Positions 40,790-53,311 of a DNA stretch of 64,000 nt are shown piece after piece. The translations under genes and the position numbers were made by a program. Source of the DNA: Octopus vulgaris. Taxonomy: Eukaryota. The notes beneath the pieces are model-generated. The model saw nothing but the letters and a program-made list of their open reading frames with translations, searched no databases and was not told the DNA's origin. Each line of letters starts with the position of its first letter. Positions within the stretch are counted from its first letter, which is position 1. The stretch covers positions 11,408,001 through 11,472,000 of the forward strand of contig OX597830.1 of NCBI GenBank assembly GCA_951406725.2, written 5' to 3'.

Positions 40790-41450
40790 AATTTATGTCA
40801 AGTAACTCTAAGATTAAAAATTCTATATACAAGTGTATAATCAGTACTCGTAATAAAGTACGATTTTACATTGGAAGCACATCGTTAGAGTTATCTAAAA
40901 GAATTTCTATCCATTACTCAACATTTAGGGATAGAAATAAACGGAATAGTACCGGTCTCAGCAAACTGATTTGGGATTTAAAAGACCACAATGAACAATT
41001 TCATTTAGAATGGTTGATCCTCTCAATTTCGATACCATATGACAAAGACAAGAAATTCTGTCTTCTCTGCAATTCTGAGCTATTTTTCATTATTTTTTTC
41101 TAAAAATACTCTAGTAAACACAGTTATAGAACGAGCATACAGATGTAAGCATTGGCAGAAACATACTTTTAGTGCATATAAGTAGTCTTTATCATTATAT
41201 ATAATTTAAACTTTAATTTCCTTTATATTTAACATTCACTATTAATATCCCTACTCTTTCTGTTAGCTACTTATGACGTTATATCATATAACGTTTTTTT
41301 AAACAATATTAATAGCGTTCTGTCTATTTATAAACACCTTTATAAACAAGGAGTTACAACATCTTTACTTGTGAGATTTTTGCTGCCCTGGTAACTATTT
41401 ATTTATTTTTCCGTGTTAATTGTTAACAAGGTAAAAATACACTCATCTAT
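40790..41450 (+). mobile_element. Penelope-like GIY-YIG endonuclease region and 3' end
   Basis: SIYKC...FYIGST....KRIS.H, STGLSKLIW.LK, FCLLCNSE. Confidence 0.8.
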
Positions 41451-41451
41451 T

Positions 41452-41485
<34 letters not shown>

Positions 41486-41487
41486 TA

Positions 41488-42132
41488 TACACATCCATAT
41501 ATATACATCTATAAATATATACATAGTTAATCCAAACATGAAAACACAACAACGCGAGGACGTGGAACAAATATAGTATTATTGGACGCTCAGGAAGGAA
41601 GGGAAGAAGGAGAGTTTAACGTTTCAATGCGGAGCTCTTCGTCAGAAACATAGAAGAAGGAAAGATCCAGAGAAGGGAAGACAGAGGAAACAAAAAAAAA
41701 GGGGAAGACAGAGGGATAAAAAATATATATATATATACATGTAAATTTAAAATAAGGGTGAAAAATTGAATATTAATTTGATTAATGAATTGAAAACCAT
41801 TGTTGTAGCATATAAGACCATACCTGATTTTCTTCTAGCAAAATTGATATTCACTGTTAATGGTTCCTCCCTCTCATATAATAGTTTCACTTTAATAGTT
41901 TCAGTATTAAAGTGAAACTATTAAAGTGAAACTATTAAAGTGAAACTACTAAAGTGAAACTATTAAAGTGAAACTATCTGACATTACAATAGAGAGATGT
42001 TATTGTTTCACTTTTAACAAGTAATACTGAAATAGTGGAGAAGATATGATGTTGCTGTGGGCTCGCACAAGGCAAGAAGCTAGAAGGTTGTTTTGCCCAT
42101 TAAACTACATGGACCCTAAGTAAGGCATGTGT
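41488..42132 (+). repeat. Direct duplicate of ~35495-36242
   Basis: Near-identical sequence (CATGAAAACACAACAACGCGAGGACG... to ...GGACCCTAAGTAAGGCATGTGT) ending at the gap. Confidence 0.85.
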
Positions 42133-42232
42133 NNNNNNNNNNNNNNNNNNNNNNNNNNNNNNNNNNNNNNNNNNNNNNNNNNNNNNNNNNNNNNNNNNNN
42201 NNNNNNNNNNNNNNNNNNNNNNNNNNNNNNNN
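42133..42232. other. Assembly gap (100 N)
   Basis: Run of n. Confidence 1.
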
Positions 42233-43847
42233 GTGTAAAACAACTTCCTGTAAACGAATTTGACAAAAACAAAATGCGCGCTCGCAAAAGGGTGGGGAGG
42301 AGAGGCTTCGGAAAATTCACATCGGATGTATTTGTGTATAACATATACATAAGGTATGCTTTTTTTTTTCTTTTTGTAGGTATGTGACATACCTACAGAA
42401 AAATTCTTTTGAAGAAATCCTTTGGAAACTGAAACTATTTATTCGGCAACTTCCGTAAAATATTTTTATTTTTATTTTTCAGCTGAATCGCCGATGTTTA
42501 CATATGTGTTCGTGTTACACATACACACATGCTCATAAACACATATATACACACAAAGAAAATATGTAAACATAAGCGATTCACCTGAAAAAATTTTAAG
42601 AAATGAAAAAGTTTTACGGAAACTGCCGAACAAATCAGTTTCACTTTTCGTAAAATTTCTACGAAAGATTGCCTAATGAAATATATAATCATAAGCGATT
42701 CAGATGGGAGGGAAAATTAAAGAAATAAAATTATTTGTACACGCTGTTGTTTATAATTTTGTCTTAAAATGTTAATGTTTCAAACTGCTCGAAAACTATT
42801 AAAAAAAAAACTTTCATTATATATATCAAGCGAAGTGGTTCCCATAGAAAGTAGATTGACGGGGTTGCAGTGTAGGACAATATTATTATATTGAAAAGAG
42901 AAACGGGGTGGAGGGCACACAAGCATCCTTCCTGCAAACATATTTAATACAAAAACAGAGTAATTGGGAAGCTTCACAATCTCTCACGGCGACGCCCCAT
43001 GCAATAAATATTACTAATACCTATTTCTTTATTACCCACAAAGGGGCTAAACACTGAGGGGACAAACAAGGACAGACATAGGTATTAAGTCGATTACATC
43101 GACCCCAGTGCGTAACTGGTACTTAATTTATCGACCCCGAAAGGATGAAAGGCAAATATGTTTCACTCTTGATCAATTTCGAACTCTACCCACAAAAAGC
43201 TGGGCCAAAACCCACTTTGGGGTTGAGATGGTTCTACTACGAACCAACACACAAATAGATTGAATTCAAAAGAAAGCCACGCGATTGATTCATGCACCAT
43301 CTACAAAAACGCGGTGTCTGAGAATAATGCCTTTCGGGGTTAACGATTTCAGTCAACCCACGAGAGCTTGGAGGGTACCCCAATACTCACAATCAACATT
43401 TTTTTCCATCCGAATCAACTATCTGCAATTGTTTCTCTACCAGCTTTTCTCTTCCTTTCACCGAACTGTCCTATCATTGTAAAAACTGCAACAAACACCT
43501 ACTACAATTCTCTACATGCTTCCTTTTTTTTTTCGTAGAAACATCATCGACCCAAAGAATCTCCAAAACAGAACATCAACATCATTACTTAGCGGTTGGA
43601 CAAAAAGAGAGACCCGATAGAATAAGTACTGGGCTTACAAAAGAATAAGTCCTGCGGGGTCGATTTGCTCGACTAAAAGCGGTGCTCCAGCATGGCCGCA
43701 ATCAAGTGACTTGAAACAAGTAAAAGAGTATCAATCAGTTTCATTTGGGAGGAGGCCTGGGGCAGGAACGAAAGGGTTTCGATTCCACACTTCGGTTTTC
43801 CCTCGTTATGTAAAATCAAAAAGAAAGAAGGAAAAACACCAACTTAC

Positions 43848-44050
43848 CAATATAGCAATTCCTGCTGGTTTACTTTGTTGACAAAATTAGCAATTCTGAT
43901 AAATTTTGATGCTGATATTTAATTTCTTCAGCTTACTTTCTTTCCGTTCAGAGACAATGTGTTGCTCTCTGTTGATGGAATTCTAAGAAATAAAGATAAA
44001 CACGGATGTGAAACATGTTTCTTCCGCTTTCAAAAAGCATCAACTTCCGC
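43848..44050 (-). other. Probable non-coding first exon of the LOTUS/NOV-like gene
   Basis: Strong donor TTG|gtaagt at 43847 (alternative AA|gtaagc at ~43936) in unique, CpG-containing sequence next to promoter motifs; 5' boundary approximate. Confidence 0.45.
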
Positions 44051-44400
44051 TGTGACGGGGAATCGTGAATCCAGCTCCAGTTTCTCTTTCGACCGATTCT
44101 GCGAATCTACAGCCAAATCGAAACCGTGTCAAAAGCAGAACACTGTGGTAAGAGCTTTGGTGGGAAGGCAAATACTTTCCAGTATTTGCTCTGGATCTTT
44201 ATGTTTTAATTTATCGACATCGATAAAATAAAGGATTAAATGAAGTAGGCGGGGGTCCAATTATACTGTTTCGTCCTCCTCTCCCGTCTCAAAGCCGCCG
44301 GAGGTGCGCCTCAATCATAAATCCTTATCGATAAATAAGTAGCAAATTGCGTTTTAAAATGAGGTCGATAAATTCGATTATCCTCTGTGTGTGTGTCCTA
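44040..44400 (-). promoter_or_regulatory. Candidate housekeeping-type promoter
   Basis: DRE TATCGATA at 44326-44333, DRE-like motifs at 44212-44225 and ~44364, ETS-type GCGGAAGT (minus, 44043-44050); local CpG retention. Confidence 0.5.
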
Positions 44401-44616
44401 GTTCTGCGAACAGCAATAAGCAGTGTTCACTTTATATGACATTTACTTCCTTACACACTCTGTCATTCCTTATACACATCTCAACCAACTCTTTACCATA
44501 TATATATATATATATATATATATAGTTGGGTACGATTAGTTAAATTTTGGTAGTAATGACTTATGTCCTCTTAGCGTGAGGCATTTATGTGTAATAATGC
44601 CCTCTATACAATATAA

Positions 44617-44656
<40 letters not shown>

Positions 44657-44663
44657 ATTTATG

Positions 44664-44708
<45 letters not shown>

Positions 44709-44733
44709 ATATATATATATGCGTGTTTGTATG

Positions 44734-44792
<59 letters not shown>

Positions 44793-45130
44793 AATAATAA
44801 TAAACACTGTGTACAGTGCTCAGGTGCACTACAACTGTATGTATGTATATATATATATATGCGTGTGTGTATGTATGTATATATATATATATATCGTCAG
44901 TAAACATAAATCCGAAAAGAAGCACACTCTAAGTTATAGAGCAGTATATATTAAAGTTAGGTAAGGGCATTTTGTGGGATTGCCTTATAGAAAGGCCTTT
45001 AGCCAACGAGGTTTTGAGATCAGATATGCCGTAAAACTACAACTATATCAGATGATATAGACGTGAAACCTAAAGTATTCCGATAAACCGGCCTTATCTA
45101 ACTTTTATATATAGATGTATGTATATATGT

Positions 45131-45378
45131 GGAGGCGCAATAGCCCAGTGGTTAGAGCAGTAGACTGACCGGGCGTTGTGAGTGTTTATTGAGCGAAAAG
45201 ACTTAAAACTCCACGAGGCTCCGGCAGGGGGTGGTGGCGATCCCTGCTGTACTCTTTCGCCACAACTTTCTCTCACTCTTTCTTCTGTTGGCCTGCCCGC
45301 TTAGCCAGCGGGGTGGCGTCATTTGAAGGCTAAAAGAATGCGAAGCATTGTGACCAGTGATGTGTAGCAAGATCTGGT
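45131..45378 (+). mobile_element. tRNA-derived SINE (family C), internally deleted
   Basis: tRNA-like head GGAGGCGCAATAGCCCAGTGGTTAGAGCAG. Confidence 0.6.
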
Positions 45379-47516
45379 CAGGCGCAGGAGTGGCTGTGTG
45401 GTAAATAGCTTGTTTACCAACCACAGTGTGTAGTGGGTGCTTTTTACATGCCACCTGCACTGGTGCCAGGCGAGGCTGGCATCGACCACGGTCGGATTGG
45501 TGCATTTTACGTGCCACCTGCACAGAAGCCAGTTGAGGCGGCACTGGCTTCGGCCACGATTCGGATGGTGCTTTTTATGTGCCACCGACACGGAAGCCAG
45601 TCGAAGGGGGCGCTGGCATCGGCCACGATTCGGATAGTGCTTTTTACGTATCTCCAGTCCAGGGGTCCTGGCATCTGCCGGGTGCCAGTCATATGATTGG
45701 TTCAATTTCGATTCCGATTTCGATTTCACTTGCCCCAACAGGTCTTCGCAAGCAAAGGGGGGTTGGCATAGGTGCCTGTCGTTGGATGAGGTTCGATATC
45801 GACTTCGCTTGCCTCAACAGGTCTTTGTGTGTCCAAGGGAGGAAAGGCATGCATAAGTGGGCTGCACTCACTTGTCCTGCCTGGTCTTTTCACGCACAGC
45901 AAATTTCCAAAGGTCTCGGTCTCTGGTCATTTCCTCAGTGAAACCTAAAGTTCGAAGGTCGTGCTTCACCACCTCGTCCCAAGTTTTCCTGGGTCTACCT
46001 CTTCCACGGGTTCCCTCCACTGCTAGGGATTGGCACTTTTTCACACACCTATCTTCATCCATTCTCGCCACATGACCATACCAGCGCAATTGTCTCACTT
46101 GCACACCACAACTGATGCTCCTTAGGTCCAACATTTCTCTCAGGGTACTAACGCTCTGTCGAGCATGCACACTGACATTACACATCCATCGGAGCATACT
46201 GGCTTCATTTCTCGCGAGCTTATGCATGTCCTCAGCAGTCACAGCCCATGTTTCACTGCCATGTAGCATGGCTGTTCGTACACATGCATCATACAGTCTG
46301 CCTTTTACCCTGAGCGAGAGGCCTTTAGTCACCAGCAGAGGTAAGAGCTCCCTAAACTTTGCCCAGGCTATTCTTACTCTAGCCGTTACACTTTCAGCAC
46401 ACCCACCCCCACTACTGACTTGGTCACCAAGATAGCGGAAGCTATCAACTACTTCTAGTTTTCCCCCTGGAAAGTGACGGAAGTTGTTTTCTGCAGATTT
46501 TCAGAGGTTAATGCTCCCGAGCATCTGCCACATACAAAAACTATCTTCCCAGTTAGCCTTCCTTTGACATTGCTGCACCTCTTATGTGTCCATAGCTTAC
46601 ACTGGGTACATCTTATAGAGTTTCTACATACACCTTTTCTACAGATCGAGCAGGGCCATCTTCCTGAAGACATTTGTGGATTGTCTACCTTCATACTTAT
46701 TACTACTTTGGTTTTTGCTAGGCTGACTCTAAGGCCCCTCGATTCTAGACCCTCCTTCCACACCTGGAACTTCTCCTCCAGTTCTGATAGTGACTCGGCA
46801 ATTAGAGCAAGGTCGTCAGCATATAGGAGCTCCCAGGGGCAACCTGTCTTGAATTCCTCCGTAATTGCCTGGAGGACTATGATAAATAGGAGGGGGCTGA
46901 GTACTGAACCCTGGTGGACCCCAACCTCTACTTTGAATTCTTCTGTGTACATGTTGCCAACCCTAACCTTACTTACAGCATCTCTGTACATGGCTTGCAC
47001 AGCCCTCACCAGCCATTCATCTATCCCTAGTTTCCTCATTGACCACCAGATAAGGGATCTAGGGACCCTGTCAAAGGCTTTCTCCATGTTAACGAAAGCC
47101 AGGTACAGGGGCTTATCTTTGGCTAGGTATTTCTCCTGCAGCTGTCTCACCAGAAATATGGCATCAGTGGTGCTTTTCCCTGGCATGAAACCAAACTGCA
47201 TCTCGTCCAAGTTGACTCTCTCCCTAATCAGTTGGGCTATGACCCTCTCTGTAACCTTCATTACCTGATCCAACAGCTTGATACCTCTGTAATTATTTGT
47301 ATCTAGGGTGTCTCCTTTACCTTTGTAGCAGTTGACTAGTATGCTGCTACACCAGTCATTGGGTATGACTCCTTTGTGTATCACCTGGTTAACTATACGG
47401 GTGACTAGGCTATAGCCGACACTACCAGATATTTTGAGCATCTCTGCAGTAATTCCTGATGGGCCTGGGGCTTTGCCTATTTTCATGCTTCTAATTGCCT
47501 TAACTACTAAGGAACT

Positions 47517-47712
47517 ACGGAAATGTACTCGCATAGCAAGTAATTTGATCTGAGATCGTGTGCTGAAACGAAAACAATTGCAGCATGGAAGGTGTTTATA
47601 AGCCATTTAAGAAACACACAAAAGCCATTCGATTCACTTCAACATTTAAGTTTAATTTGTCAAAATATTTTCGTCGCTAAAATCCGCGACCTGTTCACTG
47701 ACAAAAATCCGT
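47517..47712 (-). mobile_element. 196-bp hammerhead-carrying insertion with 6-bp TSD
   Basis: GGAACT duplicated (47511-47516, 47713-47718); ends ACGGA...TCCGT; interrupts the RTE ORF. Confidence 0.8.
47656..47705 (-). ncRNA. Minimal hammerhead ribozyme, G3:C8 core variant
   Basis: Minus strand TTTGTCA-GTGAACA-G-GTCGC-ggatttta-GCGAC-GAAA-ATAT-TT-TGACAAA. Confidence 0.7.
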
Positions 47713-49198
47713 GGAACTGTAACTCAGATTGCTGGTCTCTCTGTTGGGTCGACATTCGGCAGACTCTCTTTATCCCATTCATTTTTCTCATTCAGCAACC
47801 TTTCATAGTGGCGTCTCCAAGCCTCTCTTTGCATCCTCATTTAGCGCAAGTGAACCGTCATCCTTGCGAACACATTTCTCTCCTACCACGTCACAATTCT
47901 CTCTCACACACTGTCTTGCAACACGAAATACCTCAAGTCTTTCATCCTCATGGCGCAGAACATTGTCAAATTTTTTCTTATCTGCTTCGCCTCTGGCTAG
48001 ATAGACCCGTCTCCTAGCTTCCCTTCTGGCAGTCTGATACACTTCCCTGCTACCACCGTTCTTCCAGTCCTTCCAAGCCTGTTTCTTTTGTCTAATAGCC
48101 CTGTCAACAATATTGTTCCACCACACGTTATTTTGGGTCTTAAGGGGACTTTGCACCAGCCACAGATCTGGTCAGTGGCTTTCAGCAGGTTGTCCCTCAG
48201 AAGCGTCCAGTTGTCTTCTACCCCATGTGTAGCTATACCCCCTTCCATTTCGTCAAAGGCTTCAAGTAACATGTCTCTAAATCTCTGTCCATTCGCAGGG
48301 TCTTTAAGCTTCCAGACCCTTCTTCTCCATGTTGGTCGTCTTCTAGTCGCCCTCTTAGTCCTGATCCTAAAGTCACTAACTACCAGTCTATGTTGTGGGG
48401 TGCATTCTTCGCCTGGGAAGGTTTTGGCATTTATAAGCAGCCATCTTTCCCTTTTTCTGGCAAGGATGTTGTCGATTTGGCTAGTATGCCAGCCCGATCG
48501 GTAGGTGACCAGGTGGCTTGTCGGTTTCCTGAAGTTAGTGTTGCAAACCATAAGACTATTCGCATCACAGAACTCCAGCAGCCTGGTTCCCTCCTCGTTG
48601 CGGGAACCATGACCTGTAGCCTCCATGTACGCCATGGAAGCCCCCAGCATGTCGTCCAACATGCCCATTGAAGTCACTAGCCACAAAGAGAAGGTCCCTG
48701 TCGTTCATCAATGAGGTGGTCTGCAGTAGGGTGTCATAGAAACTGTCTTTCTGTCCATCGGGTAGCCCTGGCTGAGGGGCATAGGCCGATATAATGGTTG
48801 CTAATCTATGATGAAGCACTATTCTAATCTTAAGTATTCTGTCACTTACTCTGATTACCTCAATTACTTTATCTACCCATTTCTCAGCGATAAGTATACC
48901 CACGCCACCAACCCCGTCAGTGTTCCCTGCCCAGAAAATCTTGTACCTGTGTTCCTTGCCTGTGAGGAACCTAGCAGATCCCCTCTCCACCTTATTTCTT
49001 GCATGCAACATACATCAACACATCTCCATTCAAGCATCTCGACTATCTCGCCAGACCTACCTTTCAGTGTATATTTTTCTGGTGTAGAAGAAATGAAGAC
49101 AAGCCATGCTACTCTGGTGTTGGTTTTGCCATCAAAACAGAAATAGTCAGATCCTTTCTTTCTCTACCCAAAGGTATTTCTGATCGCATTATGACACT

Positions 49199-49375
49199 AT
49201 ACATATATACGACAGGCTTCTTTCAGTTTCTGTCTACCAAATTACACTCACAAGGCTTTGGTCGGCCCGAGGCTATAGTAGAAGATACTTGCCCAAGGTG
49301 CCATGCAGTGGGACTGAACCTGAAACCATGTGGTTGGTAAGCAAGCTACTTACCACACAGCTACTCCTATGCCTC
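49199..49375 (-). mobile_element. SINE family A 5' half
   Basis: Reverse complement of the head and body. Confidence 0.8.
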
Positions 49376-50032
49376 CTAGTTGCCAGAAAATTTTTCTCCT
49401 CTTAAAAGGATTTCATCCTTTGTATATACTGTTCAGTATTTACAGGTCGAAAAAAATTATCTTTCTATTTGTTATATAAATATACATAAATGTAAGATTC
49501 AGTGATCAAGGTCTAGGAAGAAAATTAGCTTTAGATTCTGATAGAATCTTCCGTACATTAATATGTACCTCCTTGTGGCAATGTAAACTTTCATTTAATC
49601 AAGATATCCTCAGCCTGAAGAGTAGCCTACAGTATACACCCCGCCTAGATATTCACCACTTCTGAGGTTCCGCTCACTAAATATATGTAGACTGGATCTT
49701 ATCTACTCCATTCCGTAACTCTTGTAATTATATATATATATAAATTACTGGAAGTCTCTTGCTAGATCTCTATACTTTTGCAACTATTGGGTGATGGCTG
49801 TTCAAGCACAGAACTTTTGAGTAATTGTGTTGTCCAGGTTCTCCAGTGGTGACAAAGTAAGTCTATCTAGACACAGCAGTGCTTTCCACAACAGGGGAAG
49901 GAGCAAGGAAAGAAGCCCCGAACATCACTTACTCACCTTAAACTTGGCAGCCCACTGCAACTGTTTGATTATTCAGTAACGCAGTCGAAACATGAAGAAA
50001 TCTAAGAATAATAACCTTGGTTCTTGAAATAT

Positions 50033-50250
50033 GTATTTCTTTACTACCCACAAGGGGCTAAACACAGAGGGGACAAACAGATTAAGTCGATTATATCGAC
50101 CCCAGTGCGTAACTGGTACTTAATTTATCGACCCTGAAAGGATGAAAGGCAAAGTCGACCTCGGCGGAATTTGAACTCAGAACATAACAGCAGACGAAAT
50201 ACGGCTATGCATTTCACCCGGCATGCTAACGATTCTGCCAGCTCGCCACC
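50033..50250 (-). mobile_element. SINE family B
   Basis: Reverse complement of 7088-7302. Confidence 0.85.
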
Positions 50251-50252
50251 TA

Positions 50253-50657
50253 TGTGCACTCTCCAAGACAGTCACTCAGCACCAGAATGAAAAACAGCAC
50301 TGGTTGCCCTCGAACTAAAGAAATACAACAGTGACGTAGCTGCACTCAGTGAAACTTGTCTTGCAGGATCATCACAGTTAAAAGAAAGTAAAAGTGGATA
50401 CATATTTTTCTGGTGTAGAAGAAATGAAGACAAGCCATGCTACTCTGGTGTTGGTTTTGCCATCGATACAGAAATAGTCAGATCCTTTCTTTTTCTACCC
50501 AAAGGTATTTCTGATCGCATCATGACACTAACGTTGGAGCTTGATCACAACACTTGTGCTATGCCCCAACCATGGCCAACACCAAGCAGGAAAAGGAATT
50601 TTACAACCAACTCCGCGATGACATCTCCAGTTGTCACCCTAGGGATAAACTTTTCAC
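50253..50657 (+). mobile_element. RTE (BovB-like) endonuclease N-terminal fragment
   Basis: ALVALELKKYNSDVAALSETCLAG..GYIFFW..SGVGFAI..ISDRIMTL..YAPT. Confidence 0.75.
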
Positions 50658-50658
50658 A

Positions 50659-51060
50659 TTAGCACCTATTACATGCGCAATCATCCTTTTCACCTGATTG
50701 CTGTTCTCTGGGTCCTGGGTGGATATGGTTCAACTGCTCCAGAATTCTGTGGTGCTCTTCTTCTCTGATGGTAGCTGGTCTTCTCTGTTCAGACATGGTG
50801 GGGCAGAATCTACTTGGGTCATAGTTTAGGTAATCATGATTGTGGGTTAGTCTTAGGAGGAGGCACAGTTCCCTCATGTCAACTTTACAGATTTCTACTT
50901 CGCACTCACAGATTATCTCAATGCATTTCTCCACAGCAAAGTCTCTGTCAATGGACAGATAGAGTGATATTACATCCATAATACCTACTACACAACCTGT
51001 GAGATCATTGGAGCGGTTACATTAACTGATACTACCAAAGAAGTCTTCTGTGCTCACATA
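50659..51060 (-). mobile_element. Divergent Penelope-like RT fragment
   Basis: VVGIMDVISLY motif (DVxSLY). Confidence 0.5.
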
Positions 51061-51100
51061 GATATCCAAGGATATTTCCATGAGTGGTTGTAATACCTGT

Positions 51101-51315
51101 TTCTTTACTACCCACAAGGGGCTAAACACAGAAGGGACAAACGGATTAAGTCGATTATATCGACCCCAGTGCATAACTGGTACTTATTCAATCGACCCCA
51201 AAAGGATGAAAGGCAAAGTCGACCTCGGTGGAATTTGAACTCAGAACGTAGCGACAGACAAAATACCGCTGAGCATTTCGCCCGGCATGCTAACGATTCT
51301 GCCAGCTCGCCGCCT
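51101..51315 (-). mobile_element. SINE family B with 20-bp TSD
   Basis: TGAGTGGTTGTAATACCTGT at 51081-51100 and 51316-51335. Confidence 0.9.
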
Positions 51316-51900
51316 TGAGTGGTTGTAATACCTGTGAGAAGTAGGGCAGTTTATAATTAGTTATAGTATCAACCCTGCAAACTGGCCAGGTTAAGGGGCA
51401 CTTGGACAGTCACACACACTCTCACAAACCCATTCGTTATACTCACCCTTACCTCCTCACCTAAACTACACATACAAACAATAATGTCTCAGACAGACGA
51501 ATTTGGCCTTTGGAGAGAATTGGAAGATAAGTCACAGGAAAGGTTATGGATAGCAACGAAAACACTCTGACGAGCAAAATAAAAAAATTGAAGAAAATGA
51601 TTGACTATTTAACCAACAAGTTAAACAAACAATTGATTAGTTAGTTGGATAGATATTTATCCAATTGACTAATAATAAAGGAATGGAATTGAATCAGTGT
51701 GTGTGTGTGTGTTATTATTGGTGTAACAACCCTCCCATGACACAGAAAAAATTTGTTTTGCCACATGAATTCACATAAAGAATCTTGGGAACCAAATACA
51801 ATAAACAATTACCATTTCTACTGAGTTTGTGGGGTAAATCCTCATCATGTTGTAGAATTTGTCATTGGGGTTATATAGGTACGTACATATATATATATAT

Positions 51901-52181
51901 ACCATCCGATCGTGGCCGTTTGCCAGCCTCATCTGGCACCTGTGTCGGTGGCACATAAAAACACCATCCGAGCATGGCCGTTTGCCAGCCTCGTCTGGCA
52001 CCTGTGTCGGTGGCACATAAAATCACCCACTACACTCACGGAGTGGTTGGCGTTAGAAGGGCATCCAGCTGTAGAAACATTGCCAGATAAGACTGGAGCC
52101 TGGTGCAGCCTTCTGGCTTCCCAGACCCCAATTGAACCGTCCAACCCATGCTAGCATGGAGAAGTGGACGTTAAATGATGA

Positions 52182-52186
<5 letters not shown>
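51901..52186 (+). mobile_element. RTE 3'UTR copy inserted in (TA)n
   Basis: Conserved tail plus (GAT)n. Confidence 0.85.
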
Positions 52187-52227
<41 letters not shown>

Positions 52228-52229
<2 letters not shown>

Positions 52230-53170
52230 CAGTTGTATACTGTCAACTTAACGTGACAGTCCCATAAAGGGAATCACACCACTGCTATTTAGCCCTAGGA
52301 AGCGCCAATGCCTGTCTAGACTTTGTAAACCTATATAATTTCAGTGAAGTAAATTCACTGATCACAAAAAAATAGAAATATTAAATTTCTAAATATCTCA
52401 GAGAGATATAAGCAGTGGTGGAACAATAGAGCAGTTGTATACTGTCAACTTAACGTGACAGTTCCATCAAGGGAATCACATCAACGCTATTTAGCCCTAG
52501 GAAGCACCAACGCTTGGCTTGCTAGCTGAAGATACCTGTCTAGACTACTGTGTACTGATGATGAGCAAGACTCAGAAACATGTCTCTGGATGCAGGCTTA
52601 GCTGGATGGGGGTGCTTGTCTCCCCCATGTAAACATAAGGACACAGGAAATGTGTCAAGGCCGACAGGAAGCATTGGTGCTTCCTAGGGCTAAATAACGG
52701 TGATGTGATTCCCTTGATGGGACTGTCACGTTAAGTTGACAGTATACAACTGCTCTATCGCTCCACCACTGCTTATATCTCTCTGAGATATTTAGAAATT
52801 TAATATTTATATTTATATATTTATATATATATAATACACCAATATATATATATATATATATAGGAGACAGAGGTAACAGCAAACAAATGTGTGAAAGTAT
52901 ATGGGAGCACCTGAAGGCCCCTTCAGAACCTGCTTTAACAACCACAAGTCCTTCAACATCCCAAAGAGACAATGCCACAACCCTGGCCAAGTACATATGG
53001 TCATTGAAGGTACCAATGAGTACAGCATAAAATGGTAAGATTCTAGAAAAATATAAAGCATACTTCAATAGCAGCAAGAAGTGCAGATTATGTCTAGCTG
53101 AGAAAAGAGCAATTTTAAAGAGTTCCCAACACTCAGGCATCTGCCTGAACAGTAGAAGTGAAATTTTTAA
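52228..53170. mobile_element. Penelope-like terminal repeats in inverted arrangement with hammerhead core, plus GIY-YIG fragment
   Basis: ~52375-52510 is inverted at ~52670-52810; CTGATGA-TGAG..CTCA-GAAA-CATG-TC at 52555-52584; TLAKYIWSLK and KKCRLCLAEK at 52880-53170. Confidence 0.7.
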
Positions 53171-53311
53171 CCCTTTCCCATATGAGGGAAGTACCTCCTA
53201 CCATACCTGCATGGTCCATCATGACTATAATCACCAGTCCTCCAGCTTCAACCTTCCTCACACCAATACCTGAGAATCCAGCGAAGTGTTTGACCAGAAC
53301 CTACACAAACA

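Larger units (their letters stand above)
45426..49068 (-). mobile_element. Near-full-length RTE-clade LINE (EN, RT, PHD-like finger, repeat-rich 3'UTR), disrupted
   Basis: EN motifs ISAYAPQ, SDFNGHVG, SQID, QHRLV; RT motifs GVHQGSVLSP, LLYADDL; C-terminal LHGSETW and LRWYGHV; several frameshifts and one insertion. Confidence 0.92.

Noticed and set aside
49611-49650. CTGAAGA-GTAG-C-CTAC possible hammerhead
   Set aside because: No GAAA after the stem and no helix I partner.
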